DNA of 28,372 bases from Chloroflexota bacterium (GTDB taxonomy: Bacteria; Chloroflexota; Dehalococcoidia; Lucifugimonadales; Lucifugimonadaceae), in contig PBHC01000001.1 of NCBI GenBank assembly GCA_002719295.1, positions 1-28,372 on the forward strand, given 5' to 3'. Below the pieces are notes generated by a model that was given only the letters and a program-made list of their open reading frames with translations, did not search any database and was not told where the DNA came from. Shown in pieces: positions 9,229-18,748 of this stretch (positions within the stretch are counted from its first letter, which is position 1; every line of letters begins with the position of its first letter). Position numbers and translations under genes: made by a program.

Positions 9229-9805
9229 ATCAGAAAAAAAGATTTCTATTTTTGGATATAAAACAATAATAAGACCTAAAAGCAAAAAAGATATTAAAAA
9301 TGATTTCTGCTGGAGAACTGATAAAGAATTATCAGATTTAGACGCAACGTTACCAATAAATCTATCATTTGAACAGTTTGAAAGAATTTCTATAAATGAT
9401 TTATCAAAAAGTTCTCAATGGTCAGAAAAATTTTCTATAGATAATTTTGAAAAAGAACATATTGGGAACTGTATGTTTTATGATGTTAATCGATGGGATA
9501 AATCATGTGAATTCGGAATTATGATAGGAAACAAGGCATTCTGGAATGGAGGATATGGATCTGATGCCACAATAGGAATGCTCTACTATATCTTCAAAGA
9601 AACAGAAATTGAAAATGTTTATTTGCATACTCTGGCATCAAATATAAGAGCTCAAAAAGCTTTTACGAAAGCCGGTTTTGACTCTCCCAAACATGTAAAA
9701 AAAGGGCGTTACGAATTTATTAAAATGTCAATCGACAAAAAAACTTGGTTAGAAAAATTTAATGATGCAAAAGTTAAAATTATTCCTGAGGTGGAGCAGG
9801 GTTAA
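9179..9805 (+). CDS. GNAT N-acetyltransferase, RimJ/RimL-like (start uncertain)
   Basis: EFGIMIG..FWNGGYGSDA and NIRAQKAFTKAGF motifs. Confidence 0.85.
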   Translation: MNSQSWKKLFIPKIKTKSEKKISIFGYKTIIRPKSKKDIKNDFCWRTDKELSDLDATLPINLSFEQFERISINDLSKSSQWSEKFSIDNFEKEHIGNCMFYDVNRWDKSCEFGIMIGNKAFWNGGYGSDATIGMLYYIFKETEIENVYLHTLASNIRAQKAFTKAGFDSPKHVKKGRYEFIKMSIDKKTWLEKFNDAKVKIIPEVEQG

Positions 9806-11576
9806 TTAAATCTCTACCTAGTGTTTCTGGAATTGCATTCGCCAACTCTTCAACAGTCCATCTTCCAGATTTTCTTACAGATCTAAGTACTTCATATTTA
9901 TTAAATAAACTAACTCTATTTCCTACAGCATGAACAACCTCTCCATTTATATGTGAAGCAGAATCTGTACAAAGCCATCCTACTACAGGTGCAACATCGT
10001 CTGGATCATAAAGGAAATGATCTTCTTCAGCTGACTTAAATTCTCCAACCCTCATTGCACGTGTAGAATCAGGAATTGATTGCGTCATTCTAGTATTTGC
10101 ACCTGGAGAAATTGCATTTGCTGTTACTCCATACTTTCCTAATTCTTTAGCAACAACTCTTGTGAAACCTGCTATTCCATCTTTAGCTGCTCCGTAATTT
10201 GACTGACCGCTATATCCTATAAGACCAGATACACTTGAGAATGTAATAATTCTTCCTGACTTCTGTTCTCTAAATATTTTTGATGCTGGAGCTACGACTG
10301 AAAAAGTTCCAGTTAGGTGTACATCTATAACATCCTGCCATTCTTCTTTAGTCATATTAAAAATCATTCTATCTCTCAAAATCCCAGCTGGAGTTACAAC
10401 TATATCTAACCTTCCAAATTCTTCTAAAGCTTTATCAATTATTTGTTTCCCTCCTGCAACTGATGCTACAGATGCTGTTGAAGCAACAGCTTTACCTCCT
10501 AGCTCAGATATTTCTTCAACAACGCTTTGAGCTGGGCCAACATCGTTTCCACTACCATCTAATGTTGCACCTACATCATTTACTACAATGTTTGCACCTA
10601 ATTTTGATAATTCTAAAGCAATTCCTCTGCCAATACCTCTACCAGATCCAGTAACTACAGCCACCTGGCCATCAAGAGGTTTATCTGAACTATTATTTTT
10701 TTCTCCAAAACCAAAAAGCATTCCTCTTCCTTCAACATCAAAATCTTCTGTTTTGAATCTACCTTTGCTAAGCGGATTAAATAAAGTCACAGTAGGCCTT
10801 GGAAGTGTAAGCTGATTAATTGTCCCCCCCCAAACCTCAAAAACCTGAGCATTAATTGGAGCAGAATAATCACTTGCTAAATAAGTTACAAAAGGAGCTA
10901 TATCTCTAGGATCTCTTGAATCCTTAAAAGGAGTTGAGGCTTTTTTCTTAAATTCTTCTGGGACAGATGCAGTCATTCTTGTATCTGCTCTAGGAGCTAT
11001 AGTATTTGCAGTAACTCCATATTTCCCAAGATCTTTACCTACAACTTTAGTAAATCCAGCAATCCCAGATTTTGCAGCTGCATAATTAGATTGCCCAGGA
11101 TTTCCAAATAAGCCAGATCCAGATGAGAAAGTAATTATTCTTCCTGATTTTTGAGCTCTAAAAATAGGAGCTGCATGCCTGACTATTGAAAAAGTTCCAG
11201 TTAGATGAACATCAATAACATCATGCCATTCTTCCTCGGTCATATTAAATATCATTCTATCTCTTAAAATCCCAGCTACTGTAACTACAATATCTAATCT
11301 TCCAAATGAATCTATTGCATCTTGAACAATTTCTTGACCTGATTCAAATGATGCAACTGAAGATTTATTTGATTTTGCGTCTCCACCCGCTTTTATAATT
11401 CCCGCGACTACTTCATCAGCTAAAGATGCATTTTCAACGTTACCATCAAGTGACAAACCTGGATCTACAACTAAAATCTTAGCCCCATGAGCGGCTAAAT
11501 CTTCGGCCACTGCTCTTCCAATACCTTGACCTGAACCTGTGACTATTGCTACTTTTCCTTTTAAAATTTCAGACAT
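9780..11576 (-). CDS. Tandem double-domain short-chain dehydrogenase/reductase, (3R)-hydroxyacyl-CoA dehydrogenase (MFE-2)-like
   Basis: Two complete SDR domains, the second starting near residue 300: TGSGQGIG/TGSGRGIG, AGILRDRMIFNMT twice, GQSNYAAAK/GQSNYGAAK (YxxxK). Confidence 0.92.
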   Translation of the reverse strand: MSEILKGKVAIVTGSGQGIGRAVAEDLAAHGAKILVVDPGLSLDGNVENASLADEVVAGIIKAGGDAKSNKSSVASFESGQEIVQDAIDSFGRLDIVVTVAGILRDRMIFNMTEEEWHDVIDVHLTGTFSIVRHAAPIFRAQKSGRIITFSSGSGLFGNPGQSNYAAAKSGIAGFTKVVGKDLGKYGVTANTIAPRADTRMTASVPEEFKKKASTPFKDSRDPRDIAPFVTYLASDYSAPINAQVFEVWGGTINQLTLPRPTVTLFNPLSKGRFKTEDFDVEGRGMLFGFGEKNNSSDKPLDGQVAVVTGSGRGIGRGIALELSKLGANIVVNDVGATLDGSGNDVGPAQSVVEEISELGGKAVASTASVASVAGGKQIIDKALEEFGRLDIVVTPAGILRDRMIFNMTKEEWQDVIDVHLTGTFSVVAPASKIFREQKSGRIITFSSVSGLIGYSGQSNYGAAKDGIAGFTRVVAKELGKYGVTANAISPGANTRMTQSIPDSTRAMRVGEFKSAEEDHFLYDPDDVAPVVGWLCTDSASHINGEVVHAVGNRVSLFNKYEVLRSVRKSGRWTVEELANAIPETLGRDLINPAPPQE

Positions 11577-11596
11577 TTACAACCTCATCTTTTTAA

Positions 11597-12034
11597 TTAT
11601 TTTTTTATTGGTAACTCCACCAAAGCTGAAGCTGGAGTAGTAATTTTACCTTCAGCGTTTTCTAAGCTTAATTCAATTTCAACAAAACCTACTGAATTGT
11701 CAATAAATTTATTTGTGATTTTTCCATAATATTTTAAATTTTCATATGGAAAATCAACTCCTCTGTAAGATACATTAAATTTTCTTAAATTACCTTGAAC
11801 ACCAGCGAAATCAACCATTAATTGAGCAAGCCATGCACTTTTTAATGCTCCATGAATAATTATTCCTTTATGACCCGCTTTTTTTGCGACATTATCGTCA
11901 TAATGAAATTCATTGAAATCTTGGGAAGCACCAGCATACATAACTAACTGTTTTCGATCTACATTTATAATTTTAGGTCCAATAATTTCACCTAATTTTA
12001 TATCTTCAAAATAATTTTGTTGATTCGTTTTCAT
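11597..12034 (-). CDS. MaoC-family (R)-specific enoyl-CoA hydratase/dehydratase, catalytic hot-dog subunit
   Basis: YAGASQDFNEFHYD (D-x4-H dyad) and IIHGAL. Confidence 0.88.
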   Translation of the reverse strand: MKTNQQNYFEDIKLGEIIGPKIINVDRKQLVMYAGASQDFNEFHYDDNVAKKAGHKGIIIHGALKSAWLAQLMVDFAGVQGNLRKFNVSYRGVDFPYENLKYYGKITNKFIDNSVGFVEIELSLENAEGKITTPASALVELPIKK

Positions 12035-12039
12035 AAAAA

Positions 12040-12516
12040 TTAACTTAGAAAAGTTTTTTCTCCTTTACCATAAGTAATTGTAGTTATTTCTTGTTCTGCA
12101 ACTAGAACATTATTTTGATTCGTATAAGTGGTGTGAGATATCTTAAACATCATTTCTCCAAAGCTTCCATTTTTCATGAATAAATCTTTCAAACAAGATA
12201 TTACCGCTATTTGATCTCCAACAAAGATTTTTTCATGAAAAATATATGATGACCCTCCGTCAACTAAATTTGAAAAAGGATCTGGAAACTGTTTATCTAA
12301 TTTATTAGGCTTAAATTGTCTAATAAAAGTTGGGGGTGCTAATAATCCACCCACTTTTTCAGTGGCATATTTTTCATCAAAATATAACTTATTTCGATCT
12401 CCAATTGCTGTAGCGAATTGTTCGACAGAATGTTTTTCAACAGTATACAATTTTGGCGTTGTTTTAAGATCTATAAAAGACCTCATCTCATCTGTAATTT
12501 TATCTTCAGAAGGCAT
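12040..12516 (-). CDS. MaoC N-terminal-like (HadA-type) non-catalytic hot-dog subunit
   Basis: FATAIGDRNKLYFDE..A, LAPPTF and DGGSSYIFHEKIFVGD motifs; lacks the catalytic His. Confidence 0.85.
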   Translation of the reverse strand: MPSEDKITDEMRSFIDLKTTPKLYTVEKHSVEQFATAIGDRNKLYFDEKYATEKVGGLLAPPTFIRQFKPNKLDKQFPDPFSNLVDGGSSYIFHEKIFVGDQIAVISCLKDLFMKNGSFGEMMFKISHTTYTNQNNVLVAEQEITTITYGKGEKTFLS

Positions 12517-12902
12517 TAATTTTGGTTTTTATTTTTGATTTCAAATATAAAAGATGTGACAGAAGAAGACAATAGAAAAGTGGCACTTATGAGATAAAAA
12601 AAAGCATAATTTCCAACAAGATTGAACATTCCAATTTCAAAATAAAAAAGTAAAACGGATCCAATCATTAAAGTTATGGGAATATAATACTTTGAAACAT
12701 TCCTTCTTCTACTTGAATACAAGCAAACAAGCCCAATCAAAAAAGGAACAAATAAAGGAAAAATTACTTTAGAAGAATGTATCTCTATTAAGGTTTTATC
12801 TTCTTCAAAATTTATGAAAAGTAAAAAAATTCCTGATAAAAAACTGGTGAAAAGAGATAAATAAATAAAAGTCTTAATTATCTGTTTAAATCTATATTCC
12901 AT
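12516..12902 (-). CDS. Hypothetical membrane protein (about 4 TM helices)
   Basis: 128-aa hydrophobic ORF overlapping both neighbours on the same strand. Confidence 0.65.
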   Translation of the reverse strand: MEYRFKQIIKTFIYLSLFTSFLSGIFLLFINFEEDKTLIEIHSSKVIFPLFVPFLIGLVCLYSSRRRNVSKYYIPITLMIGSVLLFYFEIGMFNLVGNYAFFYLISATFLLSSSVTSFIFEIKNKNQN

Positions 12903-15126
12903 AATAATCCTCTAAATCTTTGGTTTCTTCAGGTGATGAAATTGTAATAGGAGCTTTTTCTTTAAGTATTTTTTTCATTCCATAAGGTGAACTAAATCTT
13001 ATTGCTAATTCAATATCATTTGCCAAAACTCTATAAGAAATTAATTTACCAGTCCCAAAATGAGTGTGAGTAACCTTATCTCCTAGGGAAAAATCTACTT
13101 CAACAATTTCAGTATCTTTAAAATTTGATTGGTTTTGTTTTTTTTCAAAAGTTTTTTTCCAAGATTCATCATATTTTTTATATTTTGATTTTTTTATAAG
13201 ATTTTTACTAGGTATTTCATCTAAAAACCTTGACTGAATCGCATTATCATAAATACCTTGAAACCTTCTTCTGTTTGATGAAGATAAAAATAAATTTTCT
13301 TTTGCTCTAGTTATTCCTACATAGCAAAGTCTTCTCTCTTCTTCTAGTTCTTCTTCAGATTCCATTGATCTAGAATGAGGCAACAACCCTTCTTCCATAC
13401 CTACAATAAAAACATTTTTATATTCTAATCCTTTGGCTTGGTGAAGAGTTATGAGAGTTATAGATTCTTCATCTTCATTTATTGAATCAACATTTGAATT
13501 CAAAGATGAATTTTCAATAAATTCTATAAGAGCTTCGCTATTATCTGAATCAGATGAAGCAGAAAATTCTTCCGCAGAATATTTCAACTCATTAATATTT
13601 TCTAATCTTTCTACACCGTCTTCATCATTTTTCAAGTAATCATCATAATTGGTAATTGAGATAATTGTATTTATTAATTCATGGGGTTCCTGTATAGATA
13701 ATTGTGTAATTAATTTTTTATAAAGATTCATAAATTCCCTTATTGCATCTAATGATCTCTTAGGTAAAAATTCATTCTCATTATTCATACAATCTTCAAT
13801 AAAAGATATATAGCTTTTATTAGTTATGTTTTTTTCCAATGAAATTTTATTTACAGTTCTTAATCCGATTCCTCTAGGTGGACAATTAATAATTCTTTCG
13901 AAAGCTGAATCATCATTGGGATTAATCAATATTTTGCAATAAGCTAAGATATCTTTTATTTCTTTACGATCATAAAACCTAACGCCTCCAATTAATCTAT
14001 ATTTTAATCCTAGTGAATTTAGAGCCACTTCAAAAACTCTACTTTGAGCATTAACTCTATACATAATTGCACAGTCATTTGCAGAATCATTGGTTTCAGT
14101 TAATTTAGATAATTGAGAAGCAACTGACACTGCTTCTTCTTCTTCATCAGAGTAAGAATTATATTTAATTAGGTTCCCATCTTTATTTTTTGTCCATAGT
14201 TTTCTCTTAAATCTATTTGAGTTATTCGAAATTATAGAATCGGCTGCCTCCAATATTGGTTGAGTTGATCTATAACTTTCATCCAAATTTACCACTAAGC
14301 AATCCTTATAACTTTTCTTAAATTCAAGAATATTAGTAGGGACAGCATGCCTCCAAGAATAAATTGATTGATCAGGATCTCCAACTACTGATATAGATTT
14401 TTCATTATTTGTAAGCAAATTAGATATTTGGAATTGCAAAGGATTTGTATCTTGAAATTCATCTATTATAACTTGCTTATACTTATTGGACCATTTATCT
14501 CTTACATCAATATTATCCAACAAAATATTTTTAGTTTTTAGTAGTAAATCATCAAAGTCACAAGAGTTGGAGTTACTTAAAATTTCGTTATACCTGAGAT
14601 ACACTCTTGATACTATTTCTTCAAAATAACTATTAGCTTTTTTACTATATAAAGAGGGGGTAATATCTAAATTTTTAGATTTTGAAATTTCAGAAATCAC
14701 AACTTTTGGATTGTTCTTCTTAACATTAAGATCAAGTTCTTCGAAAATATTTTTTATTACTCTTAATTGATCTGTATCATCATAGATTGAAAAAGCTCTG
14801 TCCAATCCATCAAAATGCCCTTCAATTCTAAGAAAATATGATGCAAAGCCATGAAATGTTTTTACAACTGCATTTGAAGTATTGGGTAAAAAAACTCTTG
14901 TTCTATCCATCAATTCTTTAGCTGCTTTATTTGTAAAGGTAACAGCTAAAATTTCGTAAGGATTAACATTAAAATTGTTCACAATCCATGGGATTCTATG
15001 AGACATAACTCTTGTTTTCCCAGAACCAGGGCCAGCAACAATTAAAAGTGGTTTAAGAGGATGAGTAACTGCAGTTTGCTGTTTTTCTGATAATCCATCA
15101 AGAATTTTATGGTTTAAATCTGCCAT
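12892..15126 (-). CDS. pcrA: ATP-dependent DNA helicase PcrA/UvrD
   Basis: AGPGSGKT, TFTNKAA, DEFQDTN, VGDPDQSIYSWR, TLHQAKGLE, EERRLCYVGITRA; C-terminal GDKVTHTHFGTG Tudor-like domain. Confidence 0.97.
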   Translation of the reverse strand: MADLNHKILDGLSEKQQTAVTHPLKPLLIVAGPGSGKTRVMSHRIPWIVNNFNVNPYEILAVTFTNKAAKELMDRTRVFLPNTSNAVVKTFHGFASYFLRIEGHFDGLDRAFSIYDDTDQLRVIKNIFEELDLNVKKNNPKVVISEISKSKNLDITPSLYSKKANSYFEEIVSRVYLRYNEILSNSNSCDFDDLLLKTKNILLDNIDVRDKWSNKYKQVIIDEFQDTNPLQFQISNLLTNNEKSISVVGDPDQSIYSWRHAVPTNILEFKKSYKDCLVVNLDESYRSTQPILEAADSIISNNSNRFKRKLWTKNKDGNLIKYNSYSDEEEEAVSVASQLSKLTETNDSANDCAIMYRVNAQSRVFEVALNSLGLKYRLIGGVRFYDRKEIKDILAYCKILINPNDDSAFERIINCPPRGIGLRTVNKISLEKNITNKSYISFIEDCMNNENEFLPKRSLDAIREFMNLYKKLITQLSIQEPHELINTIISITNYDDYLKNDEDGVERLENINELKYSAEEFSASSDSDNSEALIEFIENSSLNSNVDSINEDEESITLITLHQAKGLEYKNVFIVGMEEGLLPHSRSMESEEELEEERRLCYVGITRAKENLFLSSSNRRRFQGIYDNAIQSRFLDEIPSKNLIKKSKYKKYDESWKKTFEKKQNQSNFKDTEIVEVDFSLGDKVTHTHFGTGKLISYRVLANDIELAIRFSSPYGMKKILKEKAPITISSPEETKDLEDYYGI

Positions 15127-15131
15127 TTGAA

Positions 15132-16031
15132 TTATTTAGTAATGGGCATAGAAATAATTTCAAATAAGGAATCTAAATTCAGATTCTCTGATAAAACTTG
15201 ATTAGAAAATTCTATTTTCCCCATACTGTCAAAATCAAATGATTTAATAATTTCTGAAAGTTTTTCAATTGTTTCCATAGTTCCATCATTTACTATTACT
15301 ATAGGAATATCAAATTTTTTGGCTTCATTTCTAACATATTCAACAGGGGTTTTAGAACCTGTCGCTATAATTAAATTAACTGTTCCTGACTGAATTGCAG
15401 AAAGCTGAACATCTGGCCTGTCCCCTCTTACAACTAATGCAACATTTTCTAGTGTAGAAAAATATTCAGGGCCCCAATCAAGCACAAATCCTCCTATTAA
15501 AAAGTTTTCAATAACCTTATCTAAATATTTATCACCAATAATTTTATCCGTGTCTAAAAATTCAGCTATCTCTTTGGAAGTATGTCCCATAAGAGCTCTA
15601 GATTCTTCAATTATGCCTAAAATTTTATTTTCTGAACTATTTTCAATAATCGTATTTTTTTGATATTTCCAAATGCCGTTTAAGATGAAACCTACTAATC
15701 TCTCTCCAAATATATGAGAAGTTGATTCAACATCATCTATTGAACTTTCTACAAGTATAATTCTCGCATCATTTTTTTCTAAAAACTTTTTTGTTTCATC
15801 TATAGATAAATCATTCATTTCAACTAGAATTATTTCACTAGTTTTTAAATCTAATTTTTTGTAGTTCGGATTATATATTTTGTAAAAATCTTCATGATGA
15901 ATAATGTTTCCGTCAGAAATTGTTCCAACAAAAGTTTTATTCCCTCTATTGATAGATTCATGGGCTATCCCAGAAACAATAGTAGTTTTTCCTAATTTAG
16001 TTTTTGATGATGAAATACAAATTATTGACAT
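15132..16031 (-). CDS. DRTGG-domain protein (resembles the phosphotransacetylase N-terminal region; no catalytic PTA domain)
   Basis: N-terminal P-loop-like LGKTT and LVVRGDRPDVQLSA..LIIATG DRTGG-type motif. Confidence 0.78.
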   Translation of the reverse strand: MSIICISSSKTKLGKTTIVSGIAHESINRGNKTFVGTISDGNIIHHEDFYKIYNPNYKKLDLKTSEIILVEMNDLSIDETKKFLEKNDARIILVESSIDDVESTSHIFGERLVGFILNGIWKYQKNTIIENSSENKILGIIEESRALMGHTSKEIAEFLDTDKIIGDKYLDKVIENFLIGGFVLDWGPEYFSTLENVALVVRGDRPDVQLSAIQSGTVNLIIATGSKTPVEYVRNEAKKFDIPIVIVNDGTMETIEKLSEIIKSFDFDSMGKIEFSNQVLSENLNLDSLFEIISMPITK

Positions 16032-16130
16032 AATTAGTAATAATAATTAATAAATAGGTTATTTTGTACCTCTTTAAGTCATTCATTAATAAATTTTTCT
16101 GTAAAAATTAAATACTAATAGTTAAATTGT

Positions 16131-16205
16131 GCCTGGGTAGCTCAGGGGTAGAGCACTGCACTGAAAATGCAGGTGTCGACAGTTCGAATCTGTCCCTAGG
16201 CACCA
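16131..16205 (+). tRNA. tRNA-Phe (GAA)
   Basis: Cloverleaf: GCCTGGG/CCTAGGC acceptor, GCTC/GAGC D-stem, CTGCA-CTGAAAA-TGCAG anticodon arm, GACAG-TTCGAAT-CTGTC T-arm, encoded CCA. Confidence 0.97.
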
Positions 16206-16243
16206 CTATTGATTAATTGTCTATTACGATCTATATTATTAGC

Positions 16244-17611
16244 ATGATTACAAGTATAGAAAAAAAGGGTTTATTAGCTCATCTAATGAGAAGAGCTGGA
16301 TTTGGTTCGAATTATAACCAATTAGAAGAATTATCAAATATAAGCTATGAAGAAGCCGTTGATCAATTGCTTAATCCGGAGTTTGGAGATTTAGATGATC
16401 AAGATCTTCTAGATAGATATTTTATTGCATCAGTAGAAGCAAGAACAGCAAGGCATGCTGACCCTCAATGGACATGGAGGCTTGCAAAATCTCATAAACA
16501 ACTTGAAGAAAAAATTTCTCTTTTTTGGCATGGACTTCTAGCCGTAGGAGGAATCAAGTTAGATCATGGATTAGCAATGCTAGAAGAAATTGACCTTTTT
16601 AGAAAATATGGACTGGGAAAGTTCGGAACTTTACTATTAAAAATTTCTGAAGATCCTGGAATGATGTATTGGCTTGATAATCAAAACAGCCATAAAGATG
16701 CTCCTAATGAAAATTATGGCCGAGAATTATTAGAACTGTTCTCAATGGGAATAGATGAAAATGGTGAAGGTGCCTATACTGAAGAAGATGTAAAATCTGC
16801 AGCTAGAGCATTTACAGGATGGGCTTCAAAACCAACTCCTCCACCTTTTTTCCTAGGACCTTTTCCAATGGAGTTCAATTTTGATGAATCCGATCATGAT
16901 AATACAGAAAAAACTTTTTTAGGTAAAAAAGGTAATTTTAATGGTCAAGATATAGTAGATATGGTTGCTATGCATTATGCCACTGCTAATTTTATATGTA
17001 AAAGACTTTATTTATATTTTGTATCTGAAGAAATCAATGAAGAAGAAGTAAAGAAATTATCAGAAGTTTATTTGAATAACCAAGGTGAAATTAAAAAAGT
17101 TTTGGAATATATGTTTAAGTCTGAACATTTCAAGTCACAAGAAATAAGATTTAAAAAAGTCAAAAGTCCTTCTGACTTAGTTTTTGGAATAACAAGATTA
17201 GTTGATAAATATGAAATACCAAATTTAGATTCAGCTGAATTAGCTGTGAATACTCTACTTATGGGTCAATTTTTATTGAATCCTCCTAGTGTTGAAGGAT
17301 GGCATGAGGGAGAAGAATGGATTGATAGTGGATCTCTGATTGAAAGGATAAATTATGCTAGTAATGAAATTTCAAATACAAGTTCAAAAGGTGTAAAAAA
17401 CATAGTGGATATTGTCATAGAAAAAAATTTTTCAAATCCTAAATATATTTTAGAAAACTGCCTTGAGGCTATGGGTTATATAGAAATCACAGATAATACT
17501 AAAAAAATAATTACAGAACATATAGAAAAAAATAAATTTAATTCTGAAGAAGAAAAAGTTTTGGATATTTTGAAATTAATTGTTTCTACTCCTGACTTTC
17601 AATATTGTTAA
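16244..17611 (+). CDS. DUF1800 family protein
   Basis: HLMRRAGFG, LFWHG, PNENYGRELLELFSMG, YTEEDV..AARAFTGW, PPSVEGW and PDFQ motifs. ATG 16244 preferred over TTG 16217. Confidence 0.92.
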   Translation: MITSIEKKGLLAHLMRRAGFGSNYNQLEELSNISYEEAVDQLLNPEFGDLDDQDLLDRYFIASVEARTARHADPQWTWRLAKSHKQLEEKISLFWHGLLAVGGIKLDHGLAMLEEIDLFRKYGLGKFGTLLLKISEDPGMMYWLDNQNSHKDAPNENYGRELLELFSMGIDENGEGAYTEEDVKSAARAFTGWASKPTPPPFFLGPFPMEFNFDESDHDNTEKTFLGKKGNFNGQDIVDMVAMHYATANFICKRLYLYFVSEEINEEEVKKLSEVYLNNQGEIKKVLEYMFKSEHFKSQEIRFKKVKSPSDLVFGITRLVDKYEIPNLDSAELAVNTLLMGQFLLNPPSVEGWHEGEEWIDSGSLIERINYASNEISNTSSKGVKNIVDIVIEKNFSNPKYILENCLEAMGYIEITDNTKKIITEHIEKNKFNSEEEKVLDILKLIVSTPDFQYC

Positions 17612-17624
17612 TTAGGAGTAAGAA

Positions 17625-18746
17625 ATGAATAAAAAAAATCTAGTGGTAATTCAACTCAGCGGAGGGAATGATTATTTAAATACAATAGTTCCTTATGAGA
17701 GCGGTTTATACTATGATTACAGACCTAATATGGGATTAAAGGATGAGTCAATAATACCCATTGATGAAAAAATTGCTTTCAACTCAAACATGAAGGCATT
17801 TAAAGAAAACTTTGATAATGATAACTTAGCAATAATGATGGGCATAGGTTATCCAGAGCCCAACAGATCACATTTTAGATCTATGGATATATGGCATACA
17901 GCAGAACCTTTTGAAAGTAGCTCGATTGGCTGGTTGGGTAAAACCGTTCAAAACTTAGACCCTGAAAATAAAAATCCTATTACCGCTGTAAATTTTGGAA
18001 AAGGATTACCAAGGGCTTTGGCATGCCCTGGAGTATCCGTTGCTTCTGTCGGAGCACTTGAATCTTACGGGTTGTTCACAGGAGTTTCAGGATCAAAAAA
18101 TAGAGATGTATTACTTGATACAGTAGATAGAATTTATCAACCTATGAATCTTGATGGTATTCCATCTTTAAGATTACTAGAGACAGGAAGAGGAGCATTA
18201 GATGGTGCAGATTTATTGAGTGAAGCTCCAAAAGAATATAATTCGAATGTTGAATACCCCGAAGACAATCCTATAGCTCAATCATTAAAAGGAATAGCTC
18301 AAGTTGCTAGTGCAAGACTTGGGTCACGTATTTTTTATGCTCAGCATGGAAGCTTTGATACTCATACTGATGAATTGAAAAATCACTCATTATTATGGAA
18401 TCAGTTATCTGTCGCAATTGACTGTTTTCAAAAAGATTTAAAACAGCAAAATCTAGATGAAGAAACTGTAATATGGATTTTTTCAGAATTTGGTAGACGA
18501 ATAGCAGATAATGGAACTGGTACTGATCATGGATCAGGAGGAGTTGCATTTTTATTAGGAAATTCCGTTAAGGGTGGATTATATGGAGAGTATCCAAATT
18601 TAGATCCCTCTGCTCAGCTTGAGGGAGACATACATTACAATACTGATTTTAGGCAATTATATTCTACTATTTTAGAAGACATATTAGATGTAGATTCAGA
18701 AAAGATTTTAAATGAAAAATTTTCAAAACTTAGCTTGTTAAAATAA
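17625..18746 (+). CDS. DUF1501 family protein lacking a Tat signal
   Basis: LVVIQLSGGNDYLN, YPEPNRSHFRSMDIW, GWLG, FDTH, SEFGRR, GTDHG and TDFR motifs; AGGAG SD upstream. Confidence 0.92.
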   Translation: MNKKNLVVIQLSGGNDYLNTIVPYESGLYYDYRPNMGLKDESIIPIDEKIAFNSNMKAFKENFDNDNLAIMMGIGYPEPNRSHFRSMDIWHTAEPFESSSIGWLGKTVQNLDPENKNPITAVNFGKGLPRALACPGVSVASVGALESYGLFTGVSGSKNRDVLLDTVDRIYQPMNLDGIPSLRLLETGRGALDGADLLSEAPKEYNSNVEYPEDNPIAQSLKGIAQVASARLGSRIFYAQHGSFDTHTDELKNHSLLWNQLSVAIDCFQKDLKQQNLDEETVIWIFSEFGRRIADNGTGTDHGSGGVAFLLGNSVKGGLYGEYPNLDPSAQLEGDIHYNTDFRQLYSTILEDILDVDSEKILNEKFSKLSLLK

Positions 18747-18748
18747 TT

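Noticed and set aside
9780..11576. Double SDR as an assembly duplication
   Set aside because: The halves differ at many synonymous and non-synonymous sites and are joined in frame by a unique linker.
12892..15126. UvrD helicase as part of an anti-phage system (Gabija-like)
   Set aside because: It is a full-length housekeeping PcrA with its C-terminal domain and has no nuclease or ATPase partner.
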